A stretch of DNA of 64,000 nt from Mobula hypostoma. Lineage: Eukaryota. This document shows positions 51,492 through 64,000 of the stretch, piece by piece. How positions within the stretch are numbered: position 1 is the first letter of the stretch; each line of letters begins with the position of its first letter. The position numbers were made by a program, and so were the translations under genes. The stretch covers positions 193,070,001 to 193,134,000 of the forward strand of contig NC_086097.1 in assembly GCF_963921235.1 (NCBI RefSeq). Direction: 5' to 3'. The notes under the pieces are model-generated. The model did not search any database, was not told the DNA's origin, and saw only the letters and a list, made by a program, of their open reading frames with translations.

Positions 51492-54400
51492 TGAGTTCCT
51501 GAGTATAAACGTCTCTATAGATTCATCCTGGGCCAACATTATTGATGTAATTACAAAGGAGGCACGTCGGTGGCTGTATTTCATTATGAGTTTGAGGAGA
51601 TTTGTTAAGTCACCAAGGACTCTAACAAGTTTCTACAGAAACTTCTACAGAAATTTCTACAGAAATGATGTGCATTCTGACTGGTTGCATCATAGCCTGA
51701 TATGGAGGCACCAGTGTACAGGATCAGAAAAAGATGCAGAGTCTTGTAAACTCATTCAGCTCCATCATTGGCAATAGCCTCCCCACCATCAATGACTCCT
51801 TCACCCCTCAAGAAGGTGGCATTCGTAATTAAGGACCCTCGCCATCTAGGACAAGCCCTCTCCTCATTACGACCAGATGGCATTGCTGTTGTTGGTAGTG
51901 ATGGTGATGAGGTGTACTGTATTGAGATAAGTGGTGTCGCAAGAACAACTTCACATTCAACATCAGCAAAGCCAAGGAATTGATTGTGGACTTCAGGAGA
52001 ACCCACACTGGTTCTCATTGAAGGGGAGTGATGGAAAGGATCAGCAGCTTTAAGTTCCTGGGTGTAATAAAGGTTCAGTAGTTTGATTTGAAAAGTGTAA
52101 GGGTTAGTGTATAAAAATATTAAGCAGGTTTTAGATTTATTTATTGTACATCGAAACATACAGTGAAATGCATTGTTTTACATTAGCAACCTACGCAAGC
52201 TAAGGATGTGCTGGACTCAGCCTGCAAGTTAGGTTAGTCATATCCTTATTAACGTTTAAAAGAGCGAGACGTGATCATATTCAAGTATATAAAATTCTGA
52301 GGAGGTTTAAGAGGGTGGATGCTGAAAGGATGTTTCCCCTCATGAGAGTATCCAGAACTAGAGGAAACTATTTCAAGATATTGTAAAGACAAGGAGGAAT
52401 TTCTCCTAGAATGCCATGCAGCTCTTTAATTAACTACCTAGAGATCTGAGGAGAGTCCTCAGAATTGAAAATTATGAATTGTATATTGAGAATTGTATAT
52501 TCTGAAGGCAGATCTTAACACACATTTAAACTACATTGAAATCAATGAGGATGCCAAGAGAGCAGCAGATGAAGCTGAGACCAAGAAGCTGTGGTCTTAT
52601 TGAGTGGGGAGGAGGCTCTTGTTTCTTGTCTTCTTCTTCTTTCTTGTATTATGAGGAGTGAGTAACTACCCATTCCATATACTATAATTAATTTAGACAA
52701 TGAAAGGTAATTTGATTGAAATGTACACAATTCTTACCTGATTGGGTACATATGGTGTTGATGTTCCCACCATATGGAGGTTCTAGAATCAGAGGATGGA
52801 GTCTCTACACAAAGGGTTGATCATTCACGACAGAGATAAAAAGAAATGCCTTCATCCAGAAGGGTAGTGAATCTTTGGAATTTTCTCCCAGGGAGCATAA
52901 TTGCTGGGTATATTCAAGATAGTGGTTGGTAAATTTGGATATTAAAGAGCGGCTATATTATAGACCAGCCAACATTCTGTGAGATTTAGAAGAATAAATT
53001 TGTAGAGAGATCGCAGACTGCTGCAAGAAACAAAGTTGTGATGATAGGTGATTTTAACTTTCCACATATTGACTGGGGCTCCCATACTGTAAAACAGCTG
53101 CATGGGAAAGATTTTGTCAAATGTGTCCAGGAAAATTTCCTTAATCAGTGCATAGAAGTTCCAATGAGAGAGTATGCAATACTAGATCTGCTATTAGGGA
53201 ATGAAACAGGGCAGGTGACAGAAGTTTGTGCAAGGGAATATTTTGCATCCAGTGATCATAATGCCATTAGTTTCAAAGTAAATATAGAAAAAGATAGGCC
53301 TGGTCCATGGGTTGTGATTCTAAATTGGAGAAAGACCAATTTTGAAGGTATCAGAAAGTATCTAGAAAGTGTGAATAGGGACAGGGTGTTTTCTGGCAAA
53401 GGTGTTCTTGGTAAGTGGAAGGCCTTCAAAAGTAAAATTTTAGGAGTACAAAGCTTGTATGTGACTGTCAGAATTAAAGGTAAAGATAACAGGTTTAGGG
53501 AACCTTGGTTTTTAGAAGATATTGAGTCCTTGGTTAAGAAAAAAATGGAAGTATATAACAGGTATAGGCAGATAGAAAAAAATGAGGTACTTATGGCATA
53601 TAAGAATTGCAAGAGAACACTTAAGAAAGAAATTAGGAGGACTAAAAGAAAGCTTGAAGTGGGCCTAGCAGACAAGGTGAAGAAGCATCCTAAGGGATTC
53701 TACAGATATGTTAAGAGCAAAAAGATTACAAGGAACAAAATGGTTCCTCTGAAAGATTTATGAGTGGAGCCAAAAGAGATGGGGGAGATCTTAAATCAAT
53801 TTTTTGCTTCTGTATTTACTCGGGAGGTGGATGCAGAAACCAAGCACCAGCAAGGTCATGGACCCTATACAGATTACAGAGGAAGAGGTGTTTGCTGTCT
53901 TGAGGTAAAGTAGGGTGATAAATCTGCAGTTCCTGACATGGTGTTCCTCAGACCTTGTGGGAGGCAAGTGCAGAAACTGAAAGACCCCTAGCAGAGATAT
54001 TTAAATTATCCTTAGCGACAAGTGACATACTGGAGGATTGGAGGATGGGTAATGTTGTTCTGCTGTTTCAGAAAGGCTCTAAAAATAAACCAGGAAATTA
54101 TTGGTCATTTTGCCTGACATCAGTAGTGGGAAAATTAATAGAAGGTATTATAAGGGACTGGATGTATGCTTATTTGGATAGACAAAGACTGATTAGAGAT
54201 AGTCAGCATGGCTTTGTGCATGGTAAGTTCTGTTTAACCAATCTTAAAGAATTTTTCAAGAAAGTTACGAGGAAAGTTGATAAAGGCAAGGCAGTGGATA
54301 TTGCCTCTGTGGACTTTAGCAAAGGGATTTGACAAAGTCCCCTGTGGGAGGTTGGTCAAAAAAGTTCAGTCACTGGGCATTCAAGATGGGTTAGTAAATT

Positions 54401-55128
54401 GAATTTGACCTAGCCTTTGTGGGAGAAGCCAGAGAGTGGTAGTAGATATTTGCTTCTCTGACTGTAGGCCTGTGGCTAGCAGAGTGCTACACGGATCAGT
54501 GCTGGGTCCGTTGTCGTTTGTCATCTATGTCAATGATCTAAATGCATGTGCTTAACTGGATCAGCAAATATGTGGATGATATCAAGATTGGGGGTGTAGT
54601 GGACAGTTGAGGAAGATGATTAGAGCTTGCAGTGGAGTCTGAACCAGCTGGAAAAATGGACTGAAAAATGATAGATGGAATTTAATGCAGACAAGTGCAT
54701 GGTGTTGCACTTTGGTAGGACCAACCAGGGTTGGGGAGGGCACTCAGTAGTGTGGTAGAACAAAGCAGTCTGGGAATACAGGTCCAGCATTCATTGAAAG
54801 TGGTGACACAGGAAGATATAGTTGTAAAGAAAGCTTTTGGTACACTGACTTTCATAAATCAAATTATTGAGTACAAGAGATGGGATGTTATGCTGAAGTT
54901 ATATAAGACATTGATGCCTAATTTGGAGTATTGTGTGCAGTTTTGGTCACCTACCTACTGGAAAGATGTAAATAAGGTTGAAAGAGTACAGAGAAAATTT
55001 ACAAGGATGTTGCTGGGACTGGAGGATCTGTGTTAGAAGGAAAGATTAAATACATCCGGACTTTATTCCTTGGAGTGTAGAAGATTGAAAGGAAATTTGA
55101 TAGAGGTATACAAAATTTTGATGGGAAT

Positions 55129-57590
55129 AGAAACATAGAAAACCTACAGTACAATACAGGCCCTTTGGCCCCCAGTGCCGTGCCGAACATGTACTTACTT
55201 GAGAAATTACCTAGGGTTACCCATAGCCCTCTATTTTTCTAAGCTCCACGTACCTATCCAAGAGTCTCTTAAATTACACTATTGTATCCGTCTCCACCAC
55301 CATCGTCTGCAGCCAATTCCACGCTCTCACCACTCACTGCATTTTTTTAAGAAAAACAACTTACCCCTGACATCTCCTCTGTACTGACTTCCAAAGACCT
55401 TAAAACTGAGCCCTCTGGTGTTAGCCATTTCAGCCCTGGGAAAAAGCCTCTGACTAATCACACAATCAATGCCTCTCATCATCTTATACACCTCTATCAG
55501 GTCACCTGTCATCCTCCGCTGCTCCAAGGAGAAAAGGCTAAGTTCACTCATGTTCCCCAATCCACGCAATGTCCTTGTAAATTTCCTCTGCACTCTTTCA
55601 ATAGTTTCTACATCCTTCCTGTAGTGAGGAGACCAGAACTGAGCACAGTACTCCAAGTAGAGTCTGACCAGGGTCCTATATAGCTGTAACATTACCTCTT
55701 GGCTCTCGAACTTAATGCCATGGTTGATGAAGGCCAATACACCATATGCCTTCTTAACCACAGAGTCAACCTGCGCAGCAGCTTTGAGTGTCCAATGGAC
55801 TCGGACTCCAAGTTCCCTTTGATTTTCCACACTGCAAAAAGTCTTACCATTAATACTATAGTCTGCCATCATATTTGACTTACCAAAATGAACCACCTCA
55901 CACTTATCTGGGTTGAACTCCATCTGCCACTTCTCAGCCCAGTTTTGCATCTTATCAATATCCTGCTGTAACCTCTGACAGCCCTCCACACTATCCACAA
56001 CACCCCCAACCTTTGTTTCATCAGCAAATTTACTAACCCATCCCTCCACTTCCTCATCCAGGTCATTTATAAAAATCATGAAGAGAAGGAGTCCCAGAAC
56101 AGATCCCTGAGGCACACCACTGATCAGCAACCTCCATGCAGAATATGACCTATCTACAACCACTCTTTGCCTTCTGTGTGCAAGCCAGTTCTGGAGCCAC
56201 AAAACAATGTCCCCTTGGATCCCATGCCTCCTTACTTTCTCAATAAGCCTTGCATGGGGTACCTTAGCAAATGCCTTGCTGAAATCCATGTACACTACAT
56301 CTACTGCTCTACCTTCATCAATGTGTTCAGTCATATCCTCAAAAAATTCAATCAGGTTCGCAAGGCACGACCTGCCTTTCACAAAGACGTGCTGACTATT
56401 CCTAATCATATTATGCCTCTCCAAATGTTCATAAATCCTGCTTCTCAGGATCTTCTCCATCAACTTGCCCACCACTGAAGTAAGACTCACTGGTCTATAA
56501 TTTCCTGGGCTATCTCTACTCCCTTTCTTGATTAAGGGTACAAGATCTGCAACTCTCAAATCCTCCGGAACCTCTCCTATCCTCATTGATGATGCAAAGA
56601 TCATTGCCAGAGGCTCAGCAATCTCCTCCTCATCTCCCACAGTAGCCTGGAGTATAACTCATCCAGTTCCAGTGACTTATCCAACTTGATGCTTTTCAGA
56701 AGCTCCAGCACATCCTCTTTCTTAATGCCTATATGCTCAAGCTTTTCAGTCCACTGTAAGTCATCCCTATAATCGTCAAGGTCCTTTTCCGTAGTGAATA
56801 CTGAAGCAACATACTCATTAAGTACCGCCGCTACCTCGTCCAGTTCCATACACACTTTTCCACTGTCACACTTGATTGGCCCTATTCTCTCATGTCTTAT
56901 CCTCTTGCTCTTCACATATTTGTAGAATGCCTTAGGGTTTTCCTTAATCCTGCTTACCAAGGCATTCTCATGGCCCCTTCTGGCTCTCCTAATTTCATTC
57001 TTAAACTCCTTCCTGCTAGCCTTATAAGTTTCTAGATCTCTATCATTACCTAGTTTTTTGAACCTTTTGTAAGCTTTACTTTTCTTCTTGACTAGATTTT
57101 CAACAGCCTTGGTACACCATGGTTCCTGTACCCTACTATCTTTTCCTTGTCTCTTTGGAATGTACCTATGCAGAATGCCACGCAAATATCCCCTGAACAT
57201 TTGCCACATTTCTGCCATACATTTCCCTGAGAACATCTGCTTCCATTTTATGCTTCCAAGTTCCTGCCTGATAGCTTCATATTTCCCCTTACTCCAATTA
57301 AATATTTTCCTAACTTGTCAGGTTCTACCCCTCTCCAATACTATGGTAAAGGAGATAGAATTATGATCACTATCTCCAAAATGCTCTCCCACTGAGAGAC
57401 TTGACACCTGACCAGGTTCATTTCCCAATACCAGATCAAGTACAGCCTCTCCTCTTGTAGGCTTATCTACATATTGTGTCAGGAAACCTTCCTGAACACA
57501 CCTAACAAACTCCACCCCATCTAAGCCCCTTGCTCTAGCAGATGCCAATTAATATTGGGAAAATTAAAATCTCCCATCACGACAACCCTA
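55129..57590 (-). mobile_element. CR1 LINE nested antisense within another CR1
   Basis: 437-aa RT ORF 55327-56640 (GNYRPVSLTS, GVPQGSVLG, FADE) and APE C-terminal ORFs. Tail at 55129-55140. Confidence 0.95.
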
Positions 57591-57604
57591 TAGGTAAGGT
57601 ATCC

Positions 57605-57921
57605 AACAGGAATTCTGCAGATGCTGGAAATTCAAGCAACACACATCAAAGTTGCTGGTGAACGCAGCAGGCCAAGCAGCATCTGTAGGAAGAGGTGCAG
57701 TCGACGTTTCAGGCCGAGACCCTTTGTCAGGACTAACTGAAGGAAGAGTGAGTAAGGGATTGGATCCCTTACTCCCTTACTCACTCCCTTACTCCAATCC
57801 CTTACTCACTCTTCCTTCAGTTAGTCCTGACGAAGGGTCTCGGCCTGAAACGTCGACTGCACCTCTTCCTACAGATGCTGCTTGGCCTGCTGCGTTCACC
57901 AGCAACTTTGATGTGTGTTGC
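57605..57921. mobile_element. Young palindromic Penelope-like pseudo-LTR insertion
   Basis: 129-bp inverted arms at 57636-57764 and 57793-57921 with one mismatch. TSD AGGTAAGGTA at 57592-57601 and 57922-57931. Confidence 0.93.
57823..57858 (+). ncRNA. Minimal type I hammerhead ribozyme motif
   Basis: AGTC-CTGACGA-AGGGTCTCGGCCT-GAAA-CG-TC-GACT. Stem I is AGTC/GACT. Predicted cleavage after GUC at 57854. Confidence 0.75.
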
Positions 57922-60900
57922 AGGTAAGGTAACCGCAAGCAGGCTTTTTCCACTGTGGTTGGGTGGAACTACAACTAGAGATCACTGATTAAGGGTGAAA
58001 GGTGTATAGTTTAAGGGGAGCATAAGGGGAAACATCTTCACTCAGAGGGTCATGAGAGTGTGAAATGGACTGCCAGTGCAAGTAGTGCATGCAAGCACAA
58101 TTTCAATGTTTGAGAAGTTTGGATGGGTACATGGATAGTAGAGGTATAGATGACTATGGTCCTGGTGCAGGTCGATGGGAGTAGGCAGTGTAAATGGTTC
58201 GGCATGGATTAGGTGGGTCAAATGGCCTGTTTATGTGTTGATATTTTTTCTATGTCTCTATGACTGAAGGGATATGGGGTTAGTGCAGGAGAGTGTCACT
58301 GAGGCATCATTTTTATGGAAATATTGGATCAAACATGAAAATCCAAATGACCTGCTCCTAATTCTGTTTCTAATGTTTTTATTATAATTTCTTCACCATA
58401 ACTTTGGCTCAGATCAATGACCTCAGTCAAGGCAATCATATCTCAAAGACTCTTTCGACTTGTTTTTCTCTGTGACATTTTGGTCTACCAAACAACTTTT
58501 CTCAAGCTCACTCATTATCAGCCCAGTATCAAGGGAACAGTTAGTTTATTCTATATCATATGTAGATTATTTACAGAAATTCTTGTTCTTTTCTAATCAG
58601 ATAATGCCTACTTTGTCAAGAAAAATCTTCAAGGAAATTCAATTCACAAAAGCAGAATTTTCAAGTCTCTGCTTGATGGCACTGAGTTCATGTAGTCAAG
58701 GCTACATTGATTTATTCCATGAACCTTTCATTATGTTATATATTCATAGTAATTAAAATACTTTAAAAAACATTTTTATTTATCTTAGATCAATCAGATC
58801 TATTATCACTGGCGTATGTTGTGAAATTTGCAGCAGTGGTGCAATTCAAAATAAAATTACCAAAATGACAAAAATTCAAAAATGAACTTATTGCCAAAAA
58901 TGTGAACATTTATTATGCTCATTACTGTTGTTTGGATCATATTAACCACCCCAATGTTATTTTTAACTACAATGAACTCTAAAAGATGTTCTTGAAGGAA
59001 AAAAAAGTATCCTGCTCTCTTGCTTAAGATGATAGGCAGACACAGCTGATTTTTTTTCTTTCCAGGGACTTGAAACTAGATTGGTAATGACAACTGGAGG
59101 TATACCGCAGCAATCTGTGCTCTCTACAATGGAATTCTATGTCAGACTTGCTGTCTCCCAAATTAATACTTTAAGATAACATGAACTACCAGAAGGATGC
59201 CTGTTATTTAAGACTTAAAGAAACCCACTAGAAGTTTTCATGATAACTGTTAAAACAATTTCAGTGTGTGTAATAGAAAATACTGTTTCTTTAAATAAAT
59301 CATATAAAGTGATTTTTAAGTCATATGTACATCAAAACATACACTGAAATGCATCGTTTGAGTCAAATTAAATCAGCGAGTACAGTATTGCGCTGGAAAA
59401 TGTGTAAGTGTCGCCACGCTTCTGACACCAACAAGTCACTAACCCTGATCTGTACATCTTTGGAATGTGGGAGAAAGCCAGAGCACTCGGTGGAGAACTG
59501 GGGGCGTGTGGGGGAGGGGGGCATGGGAACCCATGCACTCGCGGGGAGAATGTACAAACTCCTTACAGACCTCATCGAGAATTGAACTCCGATGTTAAGT
59601 CTTACAATAATTTCTGCACCAGTGCAATTTGATGATAACTTTCAGCATTTCCAATTACCCAAGTAATTGGTCATACTTCATATTATGATTTTTTTCACTG
59701 CAGCTATCCTGTTATAAAGAACATCAAAACCTAACCACAGTCATATTTACACTTTACATCATATTGTACCAGTGAAGATCATTTAAAGAGTTTGGAAGAC
59801 AAAAAAAGGATGTTTTTCTTAACACAAGGATTGGCTTCTACACTGATTTCCACTAAACCAGTGCAGTACATATTTTCTATCGGAACTGTAATTTTCCAAT
59901 AGGATACAGTTTTTAAAAAGCTATGGATATGTTTATTTTCTGTTGGATATATTTTAAGTTATGGACAACTGGTTCTTGGTTGAATAAGTTATTCTTGAAG
60001 AATATTACAACATTTTTGTATTAGATTGAAGTACTTGACAATGATATAAGTAAGTTTGGATAACATTCCCTGCCATTTGATTTTAAAATGGTGTGATTAA
60101 GATTCTTAAAAATAATAAAGGAAATTAGTATGTGTAATGATTCAGAAAGACTGAACTATGTAAAGAAAAAAAAAAGCTCTTCATACCCTTATGAAAAAGA
60201 AGGGAAATGAAGTGGAGAAGACAAATGGAAACATACAAGATATCAGGTGAATTTCTTTAGCACTTAATGATGTGAACATTGTTATGTTTATAATTAAATA
60301 CTTGTATGTAGATATATTTGGAACATAGAAGAGGTTGGAAACCTTGTTTTGTGATGCTTTTCTGCATTTACAGTATGCATAGAATTGATGAGAAGTTATT
60401 CTTCCCTGTTTGGTGGCAACTTGAACAGTAAAATATTATGTTAGAATTGAAAAATGTTTTAAAGAAAAGCACCTTTGCAGAACATTATCAAAGTTGCATA
60501 GAACAGTAGTGAGTAATGATCTTTGCCCAGAGGAGCAGGAGCTAAATTTACTAAGGGTTGAAATTTGAGAAACTAAACATGTTTTAAATATATTGGGAGG
60601 AGTGAGTTCAGGACCCTAATAAAAGTGGTGACACTAGAAAGAAAATAAATTTTTTAAAAAGAAGAAAAATGGGACATGTGACATCTTGGAAGTCATGTTC
60701 TTAAAAATTTTAGCACCTTTGTTCCCACTGCCTGTGAAAATTTTAAGTTACAACAATTCACCTGGAAATATCCAGTCAGTTCTAGACTTTGCTAATTTAG
60801 TTTTGTACAAAAGTGCAAACTTGTTTCCCTCAGACAATCCTGTTTCAACCTGCTAGAGTGGAAATGGGATCGAGCAATGCACTGTGGCCAGTTTCCTGAT

Positions 60901-62704
60901 GCAGGCAGTGATCAGATCAGAACTTGTGACACTAAACGATTGATTTGGCTCTGCAGCACAGAATCAAAATAAGATGAGCTCTGATTCAGAGAGAAGTGAG
61001 TGATGCCAGAGGTGGAGTGAATCCCCCCCCCTTTGCCAACCCCCACCCTCAGTGCTGCTTTGGCACCCCCAAACTGTTGTCCATCTGCCAATTCCCCCTC
61101 CCACTTTCATCTCCTTCACTGAAGTTTTTACCAGATCTCAGCCATGTTGTCCAATGTGATTCGGCAATGGATTGCAGCTGGATCTGTGTAGATTTGGACT
61201 GCTTTAACAAATAGGGTCAGGAGTTCAGCTTTTGAAATGTTTAGCTATGCATGAAATTCCTCAGTTTTCTTTTTGATTGTATGTGAGAGATTTGCAAATC
61301 TGGTGAAGTATTTTGCTAAGAATAGTTTTCAACACCAGAGGGAGCAATTGAAGCATCAGAGTTGTCCAATGCTGTTGAGAAATGTGTATATAGTGTGCAA
61401 GTCTAATACCTCAATTGTTCTCCACAATAATTTCTGAATAGCAACATTTTACAAAAGAAAGATAGGGCTTCAGCACTTTTCTAATCCAAAGGGTGTCAAT
61501 TTCTTAGATATTATTTGCTCTTGAAATTCACAGTGATAATGTCTTTATAGACAAGTTATCCATTAGTAAACCTAAGAAAGCAGCTGTTCATGACAGCTGA
61601 TAGTTACAAGTCAGAATGGACCTTTCTGTAAAGATGAATAAGGGGACAGCACACTGCTCAGGAAATAAGAATGAACAGTCAGACAAAAATTTATCTTTGA
61701 CAATGCGTCCTAAATGGGCAGCTGCCATTGAATTCACAACAATTTATGGTCAATTGACGTCAATGAAAAACGTACAATAATGAAAGATGTACAATGAACA
61801 GCTGATGTTTCAGTGCTTGCTTGGCTCTAAGCAACTGAAGATGAATCTCAGCCACCAGTTGTTGTACTGGAGAAAAGGGGTTTTGGATATGCGTTTGCAA
61901 ATCATTGAATTTAACAACACTGGTTAACATGCCATAAGTTCAAACAAGCCATTGGCTCAAGTTTCTACTGGATACAATTAAAATGCAGATTAATTGTATT
62001 AAACATCATGGACCTTGGCTCTGCTGCTATGCACAATTCTGGTTTTAATTTAGAATAAAGGATAGGAAATGCGGTAAAAACAAATTTACAAAGATGTTTC
62101 CAAAAATGAGAAGTTGTAATTAACATGAAAGATTGAATAGTCTGAGATTCTCTAAGTAGAAGGCATTAAAGAGACCTTCAAAACTATGAAGGGATTTGAC
62201 AGGATGGAAATAGATATTTCCACATTATTAAACTGCAGGCTTGTGCCTTTTAAGTGGTGGAAAGGCTTTGGATGTTAGGAAACGGATTATCATTGTGGGA
62301 TGCCTACCCTTTATAGCTACATTAATTGGCTGGTCCACTTGTGCAGCTGGATGCTGATGGAATGGAACTCTCACTGGGAAGGCTGTGGCCAGGCAATTGT
62401 TTGTCATGAATGTTTACCTGCTTCTCAGATTCATGCCAGAATATTGACTAGGTTTATCTGCTTGCGTGGTTGGACTGTTCCATTTTTTGAGAAGTTGCAA
62501 ATGAAATTGAATGGCTTCTGACCAATTGATGGTTTGGATGAGGCAACTAGGCGGGAAGAAACTAGTTGGTTGAATAAAGGCTTCTGTGAGAATGGGATCT
62601 CTGGAAGAAGCCAACGTGGCTCGTCTACTCTTTCACTTTTGCCCATACTGGTTACAAATGTTTCATTCCAGTCTTTGACGCGTACTTGCTGGACCTTGCC
62701 ATTG

Positions 62705-62960
62705 TTGAACCATAGAACCATAGAACACTACAGCACAGAAAACAGGCCATTTGGCCCTTCTAGTCTGTGCCGAAGCATTATTCCACTAGTCCCATTGACC
62801 CACACTGCCCAGAAATTCCCTGAATTCATGGAAAAATTTACAATGACCAATTAACCTACCAACCGGTACATCTTGGGACTGTGGGAGGAAACTGGAGCAT
62901 GTGGAGGAAACCCATGCAGTCACGGGGAGAACGTTCGAACTCCTTACAGGCAGTTGTGGG
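62705..62960 (-). mobile_element. CR1-tailed SINE-like element (similar fragments at about 59440-59590 and 63520-63680)
   Basis: (ACCATAGA)n tail, followed by GGACTGTGGGAGGAAACTGGAGC...CCCATGCAGTCACGGGGAGAACG core repeated elsewhere in the window. Confidence 0.65.
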
Positions 62961-64000
62961 AAGGATTTGTACATTCTCCCCATGACCATGTGGGGGATGT
63001 TTATGGAGGAGTCCCCTTCCATTAGCTGTTTAGTTATTCACTGCCATTCTTAACTAGACATGGTAGAAATACAGAACTTGTAGAACTTTGACATTTGTCA
63101 AATTAAAATGGCCATGCAATTAAAGATGCTGTCATAGACAAAAGTACCTGAACTTGCTGGGTTGGTAATGATGATATTAATTATGTTTATTGTGTTGGTT
63201 CATTCACCATGTGCTGGAGATGCAGTCTGCAGCTATGTCTTCAGGAGTTAGCCCAAACAATGTTATGATGCTACCAAGCCAATCTTGATTATGAACATTG
63301 AAGTCCCCAACTAGATTCCATATTTTGCCCTTGCTATTGCTGCAATTACTTCATGTTATTTAAATGGACGAATGCTGATTCACCATTTTAGGGAGGGATC
63401 GTGCATTTACAAATCTTTATAATATCTTCCAGAAAGCTATCAGCTACAGATGTTGTTATATCCATTCCTAATGCAATTGTCTCATCCACAAATTGATCTG
63501 AAGGATTGCTGTGCTGTGGCACAGTAGCATAGCAACTAGAATAATGCTGTTAGAGGGAGAATGACCCTAGGTTCAATTCCTGCCACCGGTCTGTGAAGAG
63601 TTTGTACATTCTCCCCGTGACCTTATGGGCTTCCTCAAGGTGCTCTGATTTAGTCCCACATTCCAAAGATATACAGATGCTTCATCTGAAACAAAGCCAT
63701 GAAGGCTGCTATCAGCTAATAAACCAGAGCAGATTGGATTATTGATCCTAAAGCTTTAGAAAGGAATCTTTATCTTTGAGCAACTAGAAAGTCGAAACAA
63801 TTGAGGCTGATAGAAAATCAGTGTAGCCTCTGAAACTCATTTCAAGACTGGGGCAAATATTTTTCTATCTTGCAATGTGTTACTTTAATGTCACCAGCTA
63901 CTTTAAGGCAAACCTGGTGCATCTGACTGGGGCACTTACAGTCAATATAAAAGTGGTTCTATTCATATTTGCTATGTAAATATATTTAATTACATTTCTT

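Larger units (their letters stand above)
46690..52065 (+). mobile_element. Rex1/Babar LINE ORF2 remnant hosting three nested insertions
   Basis: FPNQKPWIN, MKCFMRL and QFINYSMTFNTI, GAPQGC motifs. Resumes after each insert (48680, 51492). Confidence 0.75.
52950..58263 (+). mobile_element. CR1 LINE ORF2 remnant (52950-55128 and 57922-58263) with nested inserts
   Basis: GDFNFP, LDLLLGNE, SDHNAI, QHGFV and DFSK motifs. 3' UTR and tail resume after 57921. Confidence 0.9.

Noticed and set aside
59066..59180. Plus-strand acceptor followed by GLETRLVMTTGGIPQQSVL
   Set aside because: It ends in a stop with no convincing donor and resembles a decayed LINE GVPQGSVL motif.
61616..61780. Short plus-strand ORF MDLSVKMNKG...
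   Set aside because: About 54 aa, with no recognisable motif or consistent exon structure.

Overview
This is eukaryotic, AT-rich, repeat-dense DNA. The repeat repertoire suggests a cartilaginous fish, probably a ray or skate (inference). No intact host protein-coding gene could be recognised, and nearly every long ORF belongs to a decayed transposon. The non-LTR elements include several CR1 LINEs (one near full length with an SGNH-esterase ORF1), Rex1/Babar LINEs, RTE and L1/Tx1 fragments, and many Penelope-like elements whose pseudo-LTRs carry minimal hammerhead ribozyme motifs and often form palindromes. There are also two Gypsy LTR retrotransposons, two solo LTRs, Harbinger-type and Tc1 DNA elements, and a Tc1 element very close to Sleeping Beauty that has two right ends. 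Many insertions are nested, with readable target-site duplications (TSDs). The non-transposon signals are a CpG-rich promoter-like island at about 44.5 kb (tandem RFX X-boxes, E-box, CCAAT, MYB site) and a chain of minus-strand splice-site-bounded segments with no convincing ORF, possibly a lncRNA. There is also a ~280 bp element present twice (5.2 kb and 20.0 kb) that folds on the minus strand into two hairpins with pair-preserving and compensatory substitutions. It is the best candidate here for an undescribed small RNA (miRNA pair or H/ACA-like RNA).
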